Shown piece after piece: positions 50,721 to 61,365 of a stretch of 64,000 bases of DNA (positions are counted from its first letter, which is position 1; each line of letters starts with the position of its first letter). The position numbers and the translations under genes are program-made. Below the pieces are notes generated by a model, which saw only the letters and a list, made by a program, of their open reading frames with translations, was not told where the DNA came from and made no database searches. Source of the DNA: Coleofasciculus sp. B1-GNL1-01 (lineage in GTDB: Bacteria; Cyanobacteriota; Cyanobacteriia; Cyanobacteriales; Coleofasciculaceae); the NCBI GenBank assembly GCA_040220235.1, contig JAVJTO010000070.1; one strand, 5' to 3'.

Positions 50721-51072
50721 GGTTATACTCCAAAATTGATTCGGGTGTTTAGGTTTTAACACAAGTCAAGCACAGCGATTCAGTCGTTGATTTTAAGCCT
50801 AAAATTCCCTTGAATAGACACAGTATCTCATGTCTATACTGGATAGCTGGTCATCCCTAATGGTAGTTACCTGAATCGACGGCGGACTTGTTTGGAGAAC
50901 TTGAGCCAGTTGTTTGGGAATTTGGGCAAAAATTTAAACGGGTTGATTTATTAAAAATGGTTGAGTTATCAAAATGGCAAAAGAACACTGTATTTTTGGC
51001 TCTCTTGCCTCATGTTTAAACAGTAATCAATGCCATACATTCAGAGACAACTGACTCAGGTTCCCCCAAACC

Positions 51073-51321
51073 TCAATCCAGACTATCTTCAAAAAGGGTT
51101 AGGTTTTGAGGACAAACTTGTTTGATTGTGACACTCATGAGATGGGCACTTTCTTCGAGAATATCTTGCAGATAACCGAACTGGGATAATTCAGCTTCTT
51201 GGATTGTGCCAAAGGGACCAAAGTAGTAAACACACCAAGGATGATCGGTGATGACTTCCAACCAATAGGCTAATCCCAGTTTGGATAAGATTTCTAAAGA
51301 CAGTTCTGTTTTTAAGTTCAT
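51073..51321 (-). CDS. DUF1816-family protein
   Basis: YWLEVIT.HP.CVYYFGPF...EAE...GYLQDILEE...P..LT. Confidence 0.85.
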   Translation of the reverse strand: MNLKTELSLEILSKLGLAYWLEVITDHPWCVYYFGPFGTIQEAELSQFGYLQDILEESAHLMSVTIKQVCPQNLTLFEDSLD

Positions 51322-51369
51322 ATCATGATTATCTCCCTCAATGTTATCGGCGGACTGGTTAAGCAAAGG

Positions 51370-51636
51370 TTAAGTAGTTTCGGCGACAAAATCCTCGATC
51401 GCCTCGTGTAAGGCTTGAGTCATCTGGTGTACCGAGTCTTGAATCATTTGCAGATACTCTAACTGTTGATCGTCGCTCAGGTGTCCCTGGGAATCTTCTA
51501 GGAGTTTGAGGAAAATCTTGATCAGGAGCATCTGCTCTTCTAGCTCTTGGGAGATTTTATAGGTAAATCCATACTTTAAGTGACTCAAGTTAGTTGGAGG
51601 GGAGTTAGTCGGTCTTACCTGTTGCAAGAGTTCCAT
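51370..51636 (-). CDS. Stand-alone HisKA-like helical protein lacking the phospho-acceptor His
   Basis: KISQELEEQMLLI...QLEYLQMIQDSVHQM resembles a DHp helix pair, with SQEL in place of SHEL. Confidence 0.5.
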   Translation of the reverse strand: MELLQQVRPTNSPPTNLSHLKYGFTYKISQELEEQMLLIKIFLKLLEDSQGHLSDDQQLEYLQMIQDSVHQMTQALHEAIEDFVAETT

Positions 51637-52205
51637 TTTCTGAAAACCTACCTTCTCATTTTTCAAAAGCTTGGAAGCTTGTAATCCTTTTCTGTTTTAT
51701 AGACTACATGATCCCCAGAATTCGTCAAGGTTTTTGTTTGTTTTTTCTTTCTGAATTTGTTGAATTTAAATTAAAAACGTTTGCATTTGTTTTTTTTCAC
51801 ATAACTTAATAGTTATTAGGTTGTTTTTTAATGGATTTAACAAAGTGCTACTTTAGGTAAACTTATGCTAGACTCCAGTTCGAGCCGATTTATCCTAGTC
51901 TATAGGGTGATCTATCAACATCGCGTTGAGATTGATTATCAATATGTATAAGTTAGTATGATTTGGCGTGTTTTTTCTAGATCACCTACATAACTAGCGC
52001 CAATCCGATAACCGAATTGAGGTTCATCAACTACCAATTCAATCATCCCAGTTTAGGAGAGCCAGATTGGATGTTGAAATGCACCTTGTCGCGTCCATTC
52101 AACATCAACAAAGGGATTATTGTATAGCAGTGTTACCGTTTCTTCAGAACCTCCCCAACAGGATGCGATCGCGGAATCGGAAGTTGAGAACGGTGGAGGT
52201 ATGAT

Positions 52206-54584
52206 ATGGGTAAACGATCGCTGTCGGCAAATGCACAGGGTATCATCCAAGCCAAAGAAGCCATGGCGCGGAAACAGTGGACTCATCAAGTGCTGGCGAA
52301 AAAAGTTGGCGTGAAGACTCGCCTATCCATCAGTAAATTTTTTGCGGGTCGTCCCGTTGAGCGACGGATTTTCATTGAGATTTGCCGACAACTGGATTTA
52401 TCCTGGCAAGAGGTGGCGACTCAGGTTCCAGACGAGAGGCTATCCCCGGCGAGGAATCCTGCGGCAAATCAGCCTGTTGAACTCAACGCCTTAGTGGCTG
52501 AGGTTCGTGCTTGCTGCCAGGATCAGATTGAGACTCAATTGGATACCGTGCAATTATGGGATGTGCCTCAACCAATTTCCCTAGCGGATATTTATATTGA
52601 TGTAGAGGTTTGGCAAGATATCCCCAACCGACGCTGGTTCGACTTGGCGGATTGGCGGCGACATTTTCAGGTGAATCGGGATCAGTTTTATGAGTTGAGT
52701 CCGGATGGAACCTCTCAGGAACGAGTGTTGGCAATGGCGGTATTGGCTAGACTTACCAACCTGATTATATGGGGGAAACCGGGAACGGGTAAAACGACGT
52801 TTTTGCAGTATGTAGCGACTCAGTGTAATCACGGCAACTTTGCCCCAGATCGGGTGCCGATTTATATTGAATTGAGGGATTTGGTGCAAGATGCCAATAC
52901 GCTGAGTTTGCTGGATTATATCTGCCAAGACTTTAGCGATCGCGGTGTCTCTGGGGAAACGGTGAAAACCTTACTCCAAGCGGGAAAACTGCTGATTTTG
53001 CTAGATGGCTGGGATGAAGTCTCCCCGTCGAGGCGTTTTTCCCTCTTTAACAAACTGCGGTGGTTCTGTAATCGTTATCCTAAAAATCGCTATGTGATCA
53101 CCTGTCGCACTGGGGCGGATTTGTATCGGTTTGGTCGATTTACTGAGGTGGAACTCGCCGATTGGACGTTGACTCAAATTAGCGATTTTGCCCAGAAGTA
53201 CTTTGTGGCGGTGGCTGGTGTGAATTGGGAGAAGGGGTTAGCGAAAGCGGCTGAGTTTAGGGTACAACTGGAGTATCCGGAAAACCGGACGATTCAGGAC
53301 ATGGCAAAAACCCCTCTATTACTCAGTTTCATCTGTCATGTCTTCCAATCCCAAGCCCATTTTCCTCGCCAACAGGCTAGACTCTATCAGGAAGGATTGG
53401 ATATTCTGCTCCAGAAATGGGATGATGGCAAAGGGGTTGAGCGAGATTCCGCTGAACAACCCTTGTCTTTGGTGAATCGGTTGAAGTTGTTGGATCAAGT
53501 GGCGTCTGTTACCTTTACTCAACAGCGGTATTGCTTTGCTCAATCTCAGGTGGAACACTATATTGGTGACTATCTGCAAACACTCCCAGATTATCAAGAC
53601 GTTGATCCAGTTGGCTTACAAATACAGAGTCAAGGGATTTTAAACGCGATTGAATGTCACCATGGAGTATTGGTAGAGCGATCGCGGCGACTCTATTCCT
53701 TTGCGAATTGGAGTATTCAGCAATACCTCACCGCTAGAGAGTTTACCACGAAAACAGCCCAAAACCCCGACGCGATCGCGGAATTAGTGACGCACTTGAC
53801 CGAACAATCCTGGCGGGAGGTGTTTTTATTCACCGTCACCCGATTGCGTCACCCTGAAGGATTAATCCAGGCGATGAAACAAGGGGTGGATCAGTTATTG
53901 ATACCGGATCAGCGGTTAGGGCAATTCGTGAACTGGATAGATCATCGCTCCAAATCTAGCCCATTATCTCACAAGTCAGCCGCCGTGCGTGCCTTTGATT
54001 TTGCCCTGGCTTTAATTTTGGATCAGGCGTTAGTCCAAACACTCAATTCATATCGGCTTAATCAACCTTTGGAAGCGCCACCGTTACAGCAATTACCCTC
54101 ATGCTTATCCTTACCCCAAAAATTGGACGTTGAGTTTACATTACCGGAGGCGTTAGCGTTTAAAACGAAGGAATATTTACCCAAGGAGTCGTTTCCGCCA
54201 CCGTTATATCGGGCTTTAATCCTTAACGCTACCCTGGATTATAGTCTCAAGTTTAACCTCGCTCTTAATCCTGAGCGTCTGGGTCAATTAGCGCGATCGC
54301 TCAACACTTTACTCCATCCGGTGTTTGAGTTTCAATCTAACCTGGAGATATTGAACCAATGGTGGTCGAATCATCGTCACTCTTGGATCGAGCGAGTCTG
54401 CTTTTTCCTGGGACAACATCACCAAGGGGAACATGATTGGCAGTTTAGCAGAAACCAGAGGCGATCGCTATGGGATTATTATGACGCCAATCAATTATTG
54501 GTGGATTGTTTAAGGATCAGTGATGATCTCAATACTCAGGTGCAGCAACACATTGAGGACGAGTTATTTATGTATCGGGAATAG
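52206..54584 (+). CDS. HTH-NACHT NTPase with a cyanobacterial C-terminal helical domain
   Basis: N-terminal HTH, GKPGTGKTT, LLLDGWDE-type Walker B, ITCR, TPLLL, C-terminal DWQF...YYDANQLLVDCL. Confidence 0.9.
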   Translation: MGKRSLSANAQGIIQAKEAMARKQWTHQVLAKKVGVKTRLSISKFFAGRPVERRIFIEICRQLDLSWQEVATQVPDERLSPARNPAANQPVELNALVAEVRACCQDQIETQLDTVQLWDVPQPISLADIYIDVEVWQDIPNRRWFDLADWRRHFQVNRDQFYELSPDGTSQERVLAMAVLARLTNLIIWGKPGTGKTTFLQYVATQCNHGNFAPDRVPIYIELRDLVQDANTLSLLDYICQDFSDRGVSGETVKTLLQAGKLLILLDGWDEVSPSRRFSLFNKLRWFCNRYPKNRYVITCRTGADLYRFGRFTEVELADWTLTQISDFAQKYFVAVAGVNWEKGLAKAAEFRVQLEYPENRTIQDMAKTPLLLSFICHVFQSQAHFPRQQARLYQEGLDILLQKWDDGKGVERDSAEQPLSLVNRLKLLDQVASVTFTQQRYCFAQSQVEHYIGDYLQTLPDYQDVDPVGLQIQSQGILNAIECHHGVLVERSRRLYSFANWSIQQYLTAREFTTKTAQNPDAIAELVTHLTEQSWREVFLFTVTRLRHPEGLIQAMKQGVDQLLIPDQRLGQFVNWIDHRSKSSPLSHKSAAVRAFDFALALILDQALVQTLNSYRLNQPLEAPPLQQLPSCLSLPQKLDVEFTLPEALAFKTKEYLPKESFPPPLYRALILNATLDYSLKFNLALNPERLGQLARSLNTLLHPVFEFQSNLEILNQWWSNHRHSWIERVCFFLGQHHQGEHDWQFSRNQRRSLWDYYDANQLLVDCLRISDDLNTQVQQHIEDELFMYRE

Positions 54585-54781
54585 GGAGATAGGGGAGATG
54601 GGGAAGATGGGGGAGATGATTCAACCCTGAGTCAGGGCGGGTTTTGTACCAACGTTAGCATCAATAGTAAAACGTGATTCCCTAAACCCGCCCCTACACC
54701 ATCACAATTTGGTCATTTGGGCGGGTTTTGTACTAACGATATTATCAATAGTGAAACGTGATTCCCTAAACCCGCCCCTAC
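54585..54781 (-). repeat. GA-rich 9-mers plus two REP-like palindromes between convergent genes
   Basis: GGGCGGGTTTTGTAC...CCCTAAACCCGCCCCTAC at 54635-54697 and 54719-54781. Confidence 0.9.
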
Positions 54782-57162
54782 TATTTCAATCCTAATAACT
54801 GCGCCACAATTGGTAAAACTGCATTCGCGCGATCGCTATCCAATTCCTCTTCCCCTATCCCCGGTGTCTCAACTGAGGTTCCCCGTTTAACTCGTTCACC
54901 GATTTGTCGTCGTTCAGCCGTAGAAAAGCTGGCAAAGGTGCGGCGTAATAAGGGTAATATCTCGGTAAAGGTTTCCCCCGGAAGCTGAGTAATCCAATCA
55001 TCAATTATCTGCCACAAGGTATGGTCATGTACGAGTAACAATCCACTCCCCTGCAAAAACCCTTCTATCCAAGCCGCCGCTTGAGGGGGTTCACTGGCGT
55101 GAGATAGAGCAAATTCTAACCGACGGGAGGCGTCATTTCCCTTAAATACCCCAGCATTTAATAATAATCGACAACTTCGACCCGCGAGTAACCCATTCAG
55201 GTTGGCTTGATCTGCCAGTTGCAATAACACCTGTTGCCAGGATTGTTTATACTCCTGATTATTTAACAGAGAAATCGCGTAATTCATCTGTTGGATACGC
55301 TGATCGATATGTCGCGCCGCGTCATCATCCAGAGACGCACAAGCCAGGGGTAAACCCAGACAAATCCGCGTCACCAACCCATCCACCACCGAGGTAATCA
55401 TCCGGGTATCGGTTTGGCGCACATTTCCGTAGCGTAATACCTGCGCCAATGGGAGTAACGCCTCCATTAATTGGGCGACATCTCGGTTAAGGGTGGCTTC
55501 AGTTTGCAGGCGATGCATCACCTCCGGTAAGGCATCAGGTAAGTTTGCCAATAAAACAGTTTCGACTAACTGAGTCAGACTGGGTAACGCTTGCGCCTGT
55601 TGTGCCTGATTTCGGGTGTATGCTGTCGCCGCTGTATCAATCGTATTCCCCCAAATCCCGGCTTCAATCAGTTTCACCGCAAATTCCGGATGCCATTGCA
55701 GCCGCCATCCTTCTTTAAAGGTTCCTTTCCCCCTTGTCGATTGCCGTATCCCCCAAGGAATACCGAGTAAATTGAGACGATGGAGAAGATGCGATCGCGC
55801 TAAGTCGTTCGTTTTGCGTAAATCGAGTTCATACTGTTTCTCGGTGGGATTAGCGGGGAGGCGTAAGCGTTTCTGCTGCTGCTGTAAATCTCGTTGTAAG
55901 GGAACCATGGGCGTATCATCAGGAACCTCTCCCAATCGTTCACCCACAATCAGTTGATCCTGAATTAAACCCATCGGCAGATCACTGCCAAAACAGAGAA
56001 CCGTTTGCGTGGCTTCATTTAACTCAAGCAAACCCGGTAACGAGCGATCGCGCAATGCTGCCAAAGATTCCGCTAACCGTACCGCTTCAATCATAAGGGC
56101 AGATGAGGCATCTAAATCTTCCTGACGCAACAACTGCGCCACCTTAATCAACCACCGAATCGCGATCGCTGATTGTTGATGGTTGATTGTTGATAGTGTA
56201 GGGGCGGGTTTAGGGACTTTCTGGTCACGATTGATAGTAACGTTGGTACAAAACCCGCCCTGAATCAGGGTTGAATCAACTCCCTCATCTCCCCCATCTT
56301 CCCCATCTTCCCCATCTCCCTCATCTCCCCCATCCTGATAACAATCCCACAAATGACCATACCAACCCGGCGATTCAACACCCGCCCCATAGCCACTCTT
56401 AAATGCCAGTCGCCCATAAGTCCAAGGTATCCAAGTGGCTTCAACTTTCGTTTTCGCCAATCCTTTCAGCAACGCATTATCCGCTTTCGCCGCAGGCATA
56501 TCCACCAAAGCGGGAGCGTGCCATGCACCACAGACGACAGCAATGCGTTGAAATCCTTCTTTTTGCGCCGCCCGAATCTGTTTCCGCATATAGGCTTCCC
56601 GTTGCGCTTCCCTAGGGTTATCTCTAGGGGGTATCTCTTGGCGCAACGCCGTCATTGCCGCTAAAATCGCCTCAAATACATCCGTACTCTCCTGGCGATG
56701 TTCAACTAACTGTTCCCACCAGCGTTCCCCATCACTATACCCAGCAATTCTTGCCAAATAACCCAAAGGATCATAGTAAATCTCATCCTCTCCCCCATCT
56801 ATGAAATGGGGTTTGGAGACCAAACCCCTACAACTCTCATCTCCCTCAGCCAACTGATGCACCAAAGGCAAATCCATAAACCGTACCGGAATCCCTTGAG
56901 TTAAGGCATAATCAATCCCTTGCCATTCTGGGGAAAAAATAGCAAAAGGATAATAAACCGCCCGTTGGGGTTGGTCGGGTCTATAAACCAATAACGCTAC
57001 AGGCAGTTGCATCTGGGGATGGGTGACTAACGGGAGCATCCCATCCCCATCCGGGGGACCTTCCACCAAAAGGATATCCGGGTTAAGACGATGCAGAGAA
57101 TGACAGAGCGATCGCGCACATCCGGGTCCATGATGACGTATACCAAAGATATGGATGCTCAT
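54781..57162 (-). CDS. DUF5682 / YehM-like protein
   Basis: IFGIRHHGPGCA, VEGP, PFA.FSPEW, REAYMR, VVCGAWH, LDLR, AAWIEGFL, LPLLRRTF. Confidence 0.88.
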   Translation of the reverse strand: MSIHIFGIRHHGPGCARSLCHSLHRLNPDILLVEGPPDGDGMLPLVTHPQMQLPVALLVYRPDQPQRAVYYPFAIFSPEWQGIDYALTQGIPVRFMDLPLVHQLAEGDESCRGLVSKPHFIDGGEDEIYYDPLGYLARIAGYSDGERWWEQLVEHRQESTDVFEAILAAMTALRQEIPPRDNPREAQREAYMRKQIRAAQKEGFQRIAVVCGAWHAPALVDMPAAKADNALLKGLAKTKVEATWIPWTYGRLAFKSGYGAGVESPGWYGHLWDCYQDGGDEGDGEDGEDGGDEGVDSTLIQGGFCTNVTINRDQKVPKPAPTLSTINHQQSAIAIRWLIKVAQLLRQEDLDASSALMIEAVRLAESLAALRDRSLPGLLELNEATQTVLCFGSDLPMGLIQDQLIVGERLGEVPDDTPMVPLQRDLQQQQKRLRLPANPTEKQYELDLRKTNDLARSHLLHRLNLLGIPWGIRQSTRGKGTFKEGWRLQWHPEFAVKLIEAGIWGNTIDTAATAYTRNQAQQAQALPSLTQLVETVLLANLPDALPEVMHRLQTEATLNRDVAQLMEALLPLAQVLRYGNVRQTDTRMITSVVDGLVTRICLGLPLACASLDDDAARHIDQRIQQMNYAISLLNNQEYKQSWQQVLLQLADQANLNGLLAGRSCRLLLNAGVFKGNDASRRLEFALSHASEPPQAAAWIEGFLQGSGLLLVHDHTLWQIIDDWITQLPGETFTEILPLLRRTFASFSTAERRQIGERVKRGTSVETPGIGEEELDSDRANAVLPIVAQLLGLK

Positions 57163-57890
57163 GTTTTCGTCTGACTCCCCTGCATATAGCGTTTTTTTTG
57201 TCAAATCAGCAACCGATGGCGTTGCCAAAATTGTGTCGTTGAGATCGGCGTGTAATATTTGTAGTGCTTGATCCTTAAAACTGCCAGATTGTTGGCAGAA
57301 TCAGCAATTAGAGGATTTTTTGACTCAATATATTGATAAAAGCGAATATAAACCCAATATCTCATGGTTAATTTATCTTCATAAATCATACTACAGTCCC
57401 CGCACAACGGCAAGATAAGGGTTTCCAGTTGTTTTTTAGCTGTTCACATTCCTTAACATAAAACGTATCATTTGCTTTACTTGACAGATTTAAACGGTTA
57501 ACCGACAGACTATAAAGTTTCACTTATACTAATACCCTTTCAAAATAAAATAGGAGGATCGTCATTGGTGAATCTTGTTCCCCTTCTCCCCACGGTTCGG
57601 AGTTGGGGTTAGGGGATGAGGGGGAAAATGTCGAGGAGTAGATAGACAAATTAAATCCGGCTGATAGAGTTTCACAGCTTCAATCATTACCTGATCATTT
57701 AAGCCTAATTCAATCGAAACCTGATCACCCCGATACGCCAACTCTAAATGAGTGTGCTGGGTTAAACTATTGTATGCTGTGGCTAAACAGTAATATCTTC
57801 ATGGATGCAACCTCTAGATTCTATTGATTGACTTGAATGATGTCATGATCAATGAGAAATAAATGACATAAGATCAATGACCAATGACAA

Positions 57891-60509
57891 TTAAACTTCA
57901 CAGGTTTCACGTACCCGTTTGGGAGGTACTGAAATATCTGATTTTCGGCTTGGAGTTTGAGAAATGGGAATATCGATACAAAACTCTGTTCCTTCGCCAA
58001 GTTGGGAGAAACACTGTAATGTACCCTTGTGTGTTTCCACGACAATTTGATAACTAATCGACAATCCTAACCCCGTACCCTGACCCACGGGTTTAGTCGT
58101 GAAAAACGGGTCAAACAAATGAGTTTTAACGTTCTCAGGGATACCCGGACCCGTATCTTGAATCCGAATCCGTACCTGATCCGTCTCTTCTAGGACCTCA
58201 GTGGTAATCGTGATTTGTAACGGCGGGGATTGATCATCCAGGGCATCAATCGCATTATCTAGGAGATTCATAAACACCTGATTTAATTGCCCGCCATAAC
58301 ACTCCACCTGGGGCAATTGACCATACTGTTTGATAATCTCAATCGGAGGATGTGTCTCCTTGGCTTTGAGTCGATTACCCAAAATCAATAACGTATTCTC
58401 AATTCCTTCATGGATATCAATCGACTTGATATCCGCCTCATCCAAGCGGCAGAAATTACGCAGAGATTTCACCAAATCTCGGATACGCACCGCCCCCATT
58501 TTCAGAGACCCTAAAAGTTTGGGAAAATCTTGGATCACAAACTCCAGATTCATTGCTTCAGCTTGTTCCTGAATAGCAGCCGGGGGTTCTGGATAATACT
58601 GCTGATAAAGCTTTAATAGCCGCAGCAAGTCTTGAGCATATTGATTAGCGGGTTTGATATTCCCATAGATAAACGACACCGGATTATTCAGTTCATGGGT
58701 AATCCCGGCAATCATTTGACCCAAGCTGGACATCTTTTCACTTTGAATCAACTGCGCCTGAGTTTGTTGTAACTTCTGCAAGGTTTGCTGCAATTCCTTC
58801 GCTTGCGCCGTCGCCGTCGTTGCGGTGCTATGGGCAGAGGCATACAGTTGGGCTTGGTCGATCGCGATCGCCAGTTGATCGACAACCGCCGTCAGGAGTT
58901 CGACTTCACTTTGACTCCAGGTATGGGGTTCTCGATAATCGGTACAAACTAAAGCACCAATTTGACCGGAATTCGTTTTCAGGGGGAGAATCAGTTGCGC
59001 TGTAACCTGAGACCGAGTTAGGAGTTGCCGTTGAGCGGTATCCAAGTCTGGGTCTTTGGTGACATCATTAATCTGAATCATCTCTAAATCCTGGATGGAT
59101 TGGATCAAAGAGAGGACTTCGGGATTCGAGTAGTACCCTAACCGACTGGGTAAATTCGATTTTCGCGCCTCGTGAGTGATGGCAATACTGAGTTTTTCTT
59201 GGTTTTGGGTACGCCAGAGGAATTGACAGCGATCGAGATCTAACAAGCTGCGAACCGAGAAAACAGCCGTATCCAGAATCGTATTCACATCCAAAGAATT
59301 ACGAATCTCTCGCCCTAGATAATTGAGTAAGGCTTCCCTTTGGGCAAGGGAATGAGCTTCCTGTTCCGACGCTTGCAGTGCCTGAAACGTCTGCTTACAG
59401 TCGGTAATATCGTGATAGGTGAGGACAATCCCCGCCACACTCGGCAAACGCAACAGGTTATTGGCGATGACTTCAAACTCGCGCACCTCACCTGAGACGT
59501 TAGGTACACGCAGTTCCACTGTTACATTACGGTTGGGGGAATCCAGGGCTTGGGTTAACAGACTATCAGCGATGGGATTATCTTCATTTAAGACAAATTC
59601 CCCGATGGTTTTACCCAACCACTCCTCCGTGTCATACCCCAACACACGCGGTAAGGAGGGACTGGTATAGCGAATCATCCCCTCGCCTGTCACCACGGTG
59701 ATGAAATCAGAAGCATTTTGCAGCAACGCCTGAAACCGTTCTTCACTTTGGCGCAAGGTTTCGGCTTTTGCCTTCTCCACATTCAGGCGTAGATCAAATA
59801 AGAAGACAATTAGGGGTAATGCTAAGATAAACAACGTCGCCACACCGATAAATCGAGCCAGCAATACGTTATCAATCATTGAAGATGAAGGCAGAACAAC
59901 GGAATCTGTTGTTTGGAAGTGAACCGCCGCCACCCCTATATAATGCATCCCCGAAATCGCCAAACCCATAACAATCGAACTCGCCAGCTTGGGTAAGGTT
60001 CTCGCATCAGTCTGGATATGCCGCAATTGAAACGCTAACCCTAACGCCACAAAAGACGCCGCGATCGCAACCGCTATTGAAACCGCCACCAGTGTCAGGT
60101 TATAATGGGCGATTGCTTCTAATTTCATTGCCATCATCCCCGTATAATGCATCGCGGCAATCCCTAATCCCATAAATACACTACCCAAGAATAGTTGCAG
60201 CCACCTTATATGAGGACGAGAACCTAGCCACAACGCCACTCCAGAACCCAGAATTCCCACCAGCATTGACACCCAGACACGAGAAAGGTTGTATGATATC
60301 GGGATAGGCAGGTTATACGCCAACATACCGATAAAGTGCATTGACCAGATGCCAATCCCCATCGCCACAGCCCCCCCAGCTAACCAAAACTGGCGAGTTC
60401 GCCCTTTTGCCACGGTGACTCGCCCCACCAAATCGAGTGCGGTGTAAGACGCAATAATGGCAATAGCAATAGAAAGAAAAACGAGGTTGAAGTTATAGGT
60501 AGCATTCAT
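57891..60509 (-). CDS. Sensor histidine kinase, MHYT-PAS-GAF-HisKA-HATPase
   Basis: MHFIGM, MHYTGM and MHYIGV motifs, a PAS domain ending in DIT, a GAF domain, THELNNP, NAIDA, DTGPG, FFTTK..G.GTGLGL. Confidence 0.95.
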   Translation of the reverse strand: MNATYNFNLVFLSIAIAIIASYTALDLVGRVTVAKGRTRQFWLAGGAVAMGIGIWSMHFIGMLAYNLPIPISYNLSRVWVSMLVGILGSGVALWLGSRPHIRWLQLFLGSVFMGLGIAAMHYTGMMAMKLEAIAHYNLTLVAVSIAVAIAASFVALGLAFQLRHIQTDARTLPKLASSIVMGLAISGMHYIGVAAVHFQTTDSVVLPSSSMIDNVLLARFIGVATLFILALPLIVFLFDLRLNVEKAKAETLRQSEERFQALLQNASDFITVVTGEGMIRYTSPSLPRVLGYDTEEWLGKTIGEFVLNEDNPIADSLLTQALDSPNRNVTVELRVPNVSGEVREFEVIANNLLRLPSVAGIVLTYHDITDCKQTFQALQASEQEAHSLAQREALLNYLGREIRNSLDVNTILDTAVFSVRSLLDLDRCQFLWRTQNQEKLSIAITHEARKSNLPSRLGYYSNPEVLSLIQSIQDLEMIQINDVTKDPDLDTAQRQLLTRSQVTAQLILPLKTNSGQIGALVCTDYREPHTWSQSEVELLTAVVDQLAIAIDQAQLYASAHSTATTATAQAKELQQTLQKLQQTQAQLIQSEKMSSLGQMIAGITHELNNPVSFIYGNIKPANQYAQDLLRLLKLYQQYYPEPPAAIQEQAEAMNLEFVIQDFPKLLGSLKMGAVRIRDLVKSLRNFCRLDEADIKSIDIHEGIENTLLILGNRLKAKETHPPIEIIKQYGQLPQVECYGGQLNQVFMNLLDNAIDALDDQSPPLQITITTEVLEETDQVRIRIQDTGPGIPENVKTHLFDPFFTTKPVGQGTGLGLSISYQIVVETHKGTLQCFSQLGEGTEFCIDIPISQTPSRKSDISVPPKRVRETCEV

Positions 60510-61068
60510 AAGTTATATCCATGTGAGTTAGATTAGGTTTTATCCCGTTGGTAGGGGTCTAAAATAGCGATAGCTTTAATCGTTGTTAAGGGTGAAACGA
60601 ATCCAACATTCACTAAAGCGTTGAATCACGGCGGTTCGTGCAGTAGGGTTTCAAATGACTCACCAACGCCAATCACCCCTGCTTTTTTTGCCTCAGCAGA
60701 AGAAATCATGACAGGTTTGCTGCTGTCTATTGCCTACAACCTCACGTTGAATCCCAAAATCTATGTTGAACCTGGCTATCTGTTTGATGCGGTTCGATAC
60801 AACTAAGTTTAGAGACAATGGGGATAGCTATTCAGTAAAACTGACTATATCTAACTGTAAGAAAAAAAACCCGTTCTTGCCATGACTCTTAAGATTTAGA
60901 TGAGACTGTATCTTAAGGCGTAAAATAACCGTTATCTACGTACATGAGAACAGGGTTATCGGGGATGGCAGGAGAATGTTGCGATCTGGCGGGAAATGTT
61001 GCGATCGCGCCTTCAATCTCCTGATCGCGCCTTCAATCTCCTATACACTCTCTCGCCTTTATTGAGGG

Positions 61069-61176
61069 TATAGCACTACGAGGATACGTTAGGATATCAG
61101 TTAATCCCAACCGGGAACCGGGAACCAAGAACTTTTAACAGTAGAAAATGTCTTAACCTGCCTTGGTAAAGCTATA
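61069..61176. mobile_element. MITE-like element with imperfect 29-bp TIRs and TA ends
   Basis: TATAGCACTACGAGGATACGTTAGGATAT versus the reverse complement of the right end, TATAGCTTTACCAAGGCAGGTTAAGACAT. Confidence 0.65.
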
Positions 61177-61223
61177 AATATAGCACCAAGCGACAATTTA
61201 AGATTGAGATAATTTTCGACCTT

Positions 61224-61334
61224 ATACCAAGTTGCAGTCTAATGTAGAACTTTCTTTTTCCCCCATCTCTCCCTCACCCCATCTCCCCCTCACCCCATCT
61301 ACTCTATCTGCTATCTTTGAACGCAACTTAGTAT
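61224..61334. mobile_element. MITE-like element enclosing CCCCATCT repeats
   Basis: ATACCAAGTTGC ... GCAACTTAGTAT inverted ends. Confidence 0.6.
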
Positions 61335-61365
61335 TACATTTATTCCTATCGACGCTGTATGGGCT

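Noticed and set aside
60550..60580. c-di-GMP-I riboswitch-like GGTCTAA...GATAGC
   Set aside because: It is on the wrong strand for the kinase gene and lacks the upstream GCAAA/GAAA elements.
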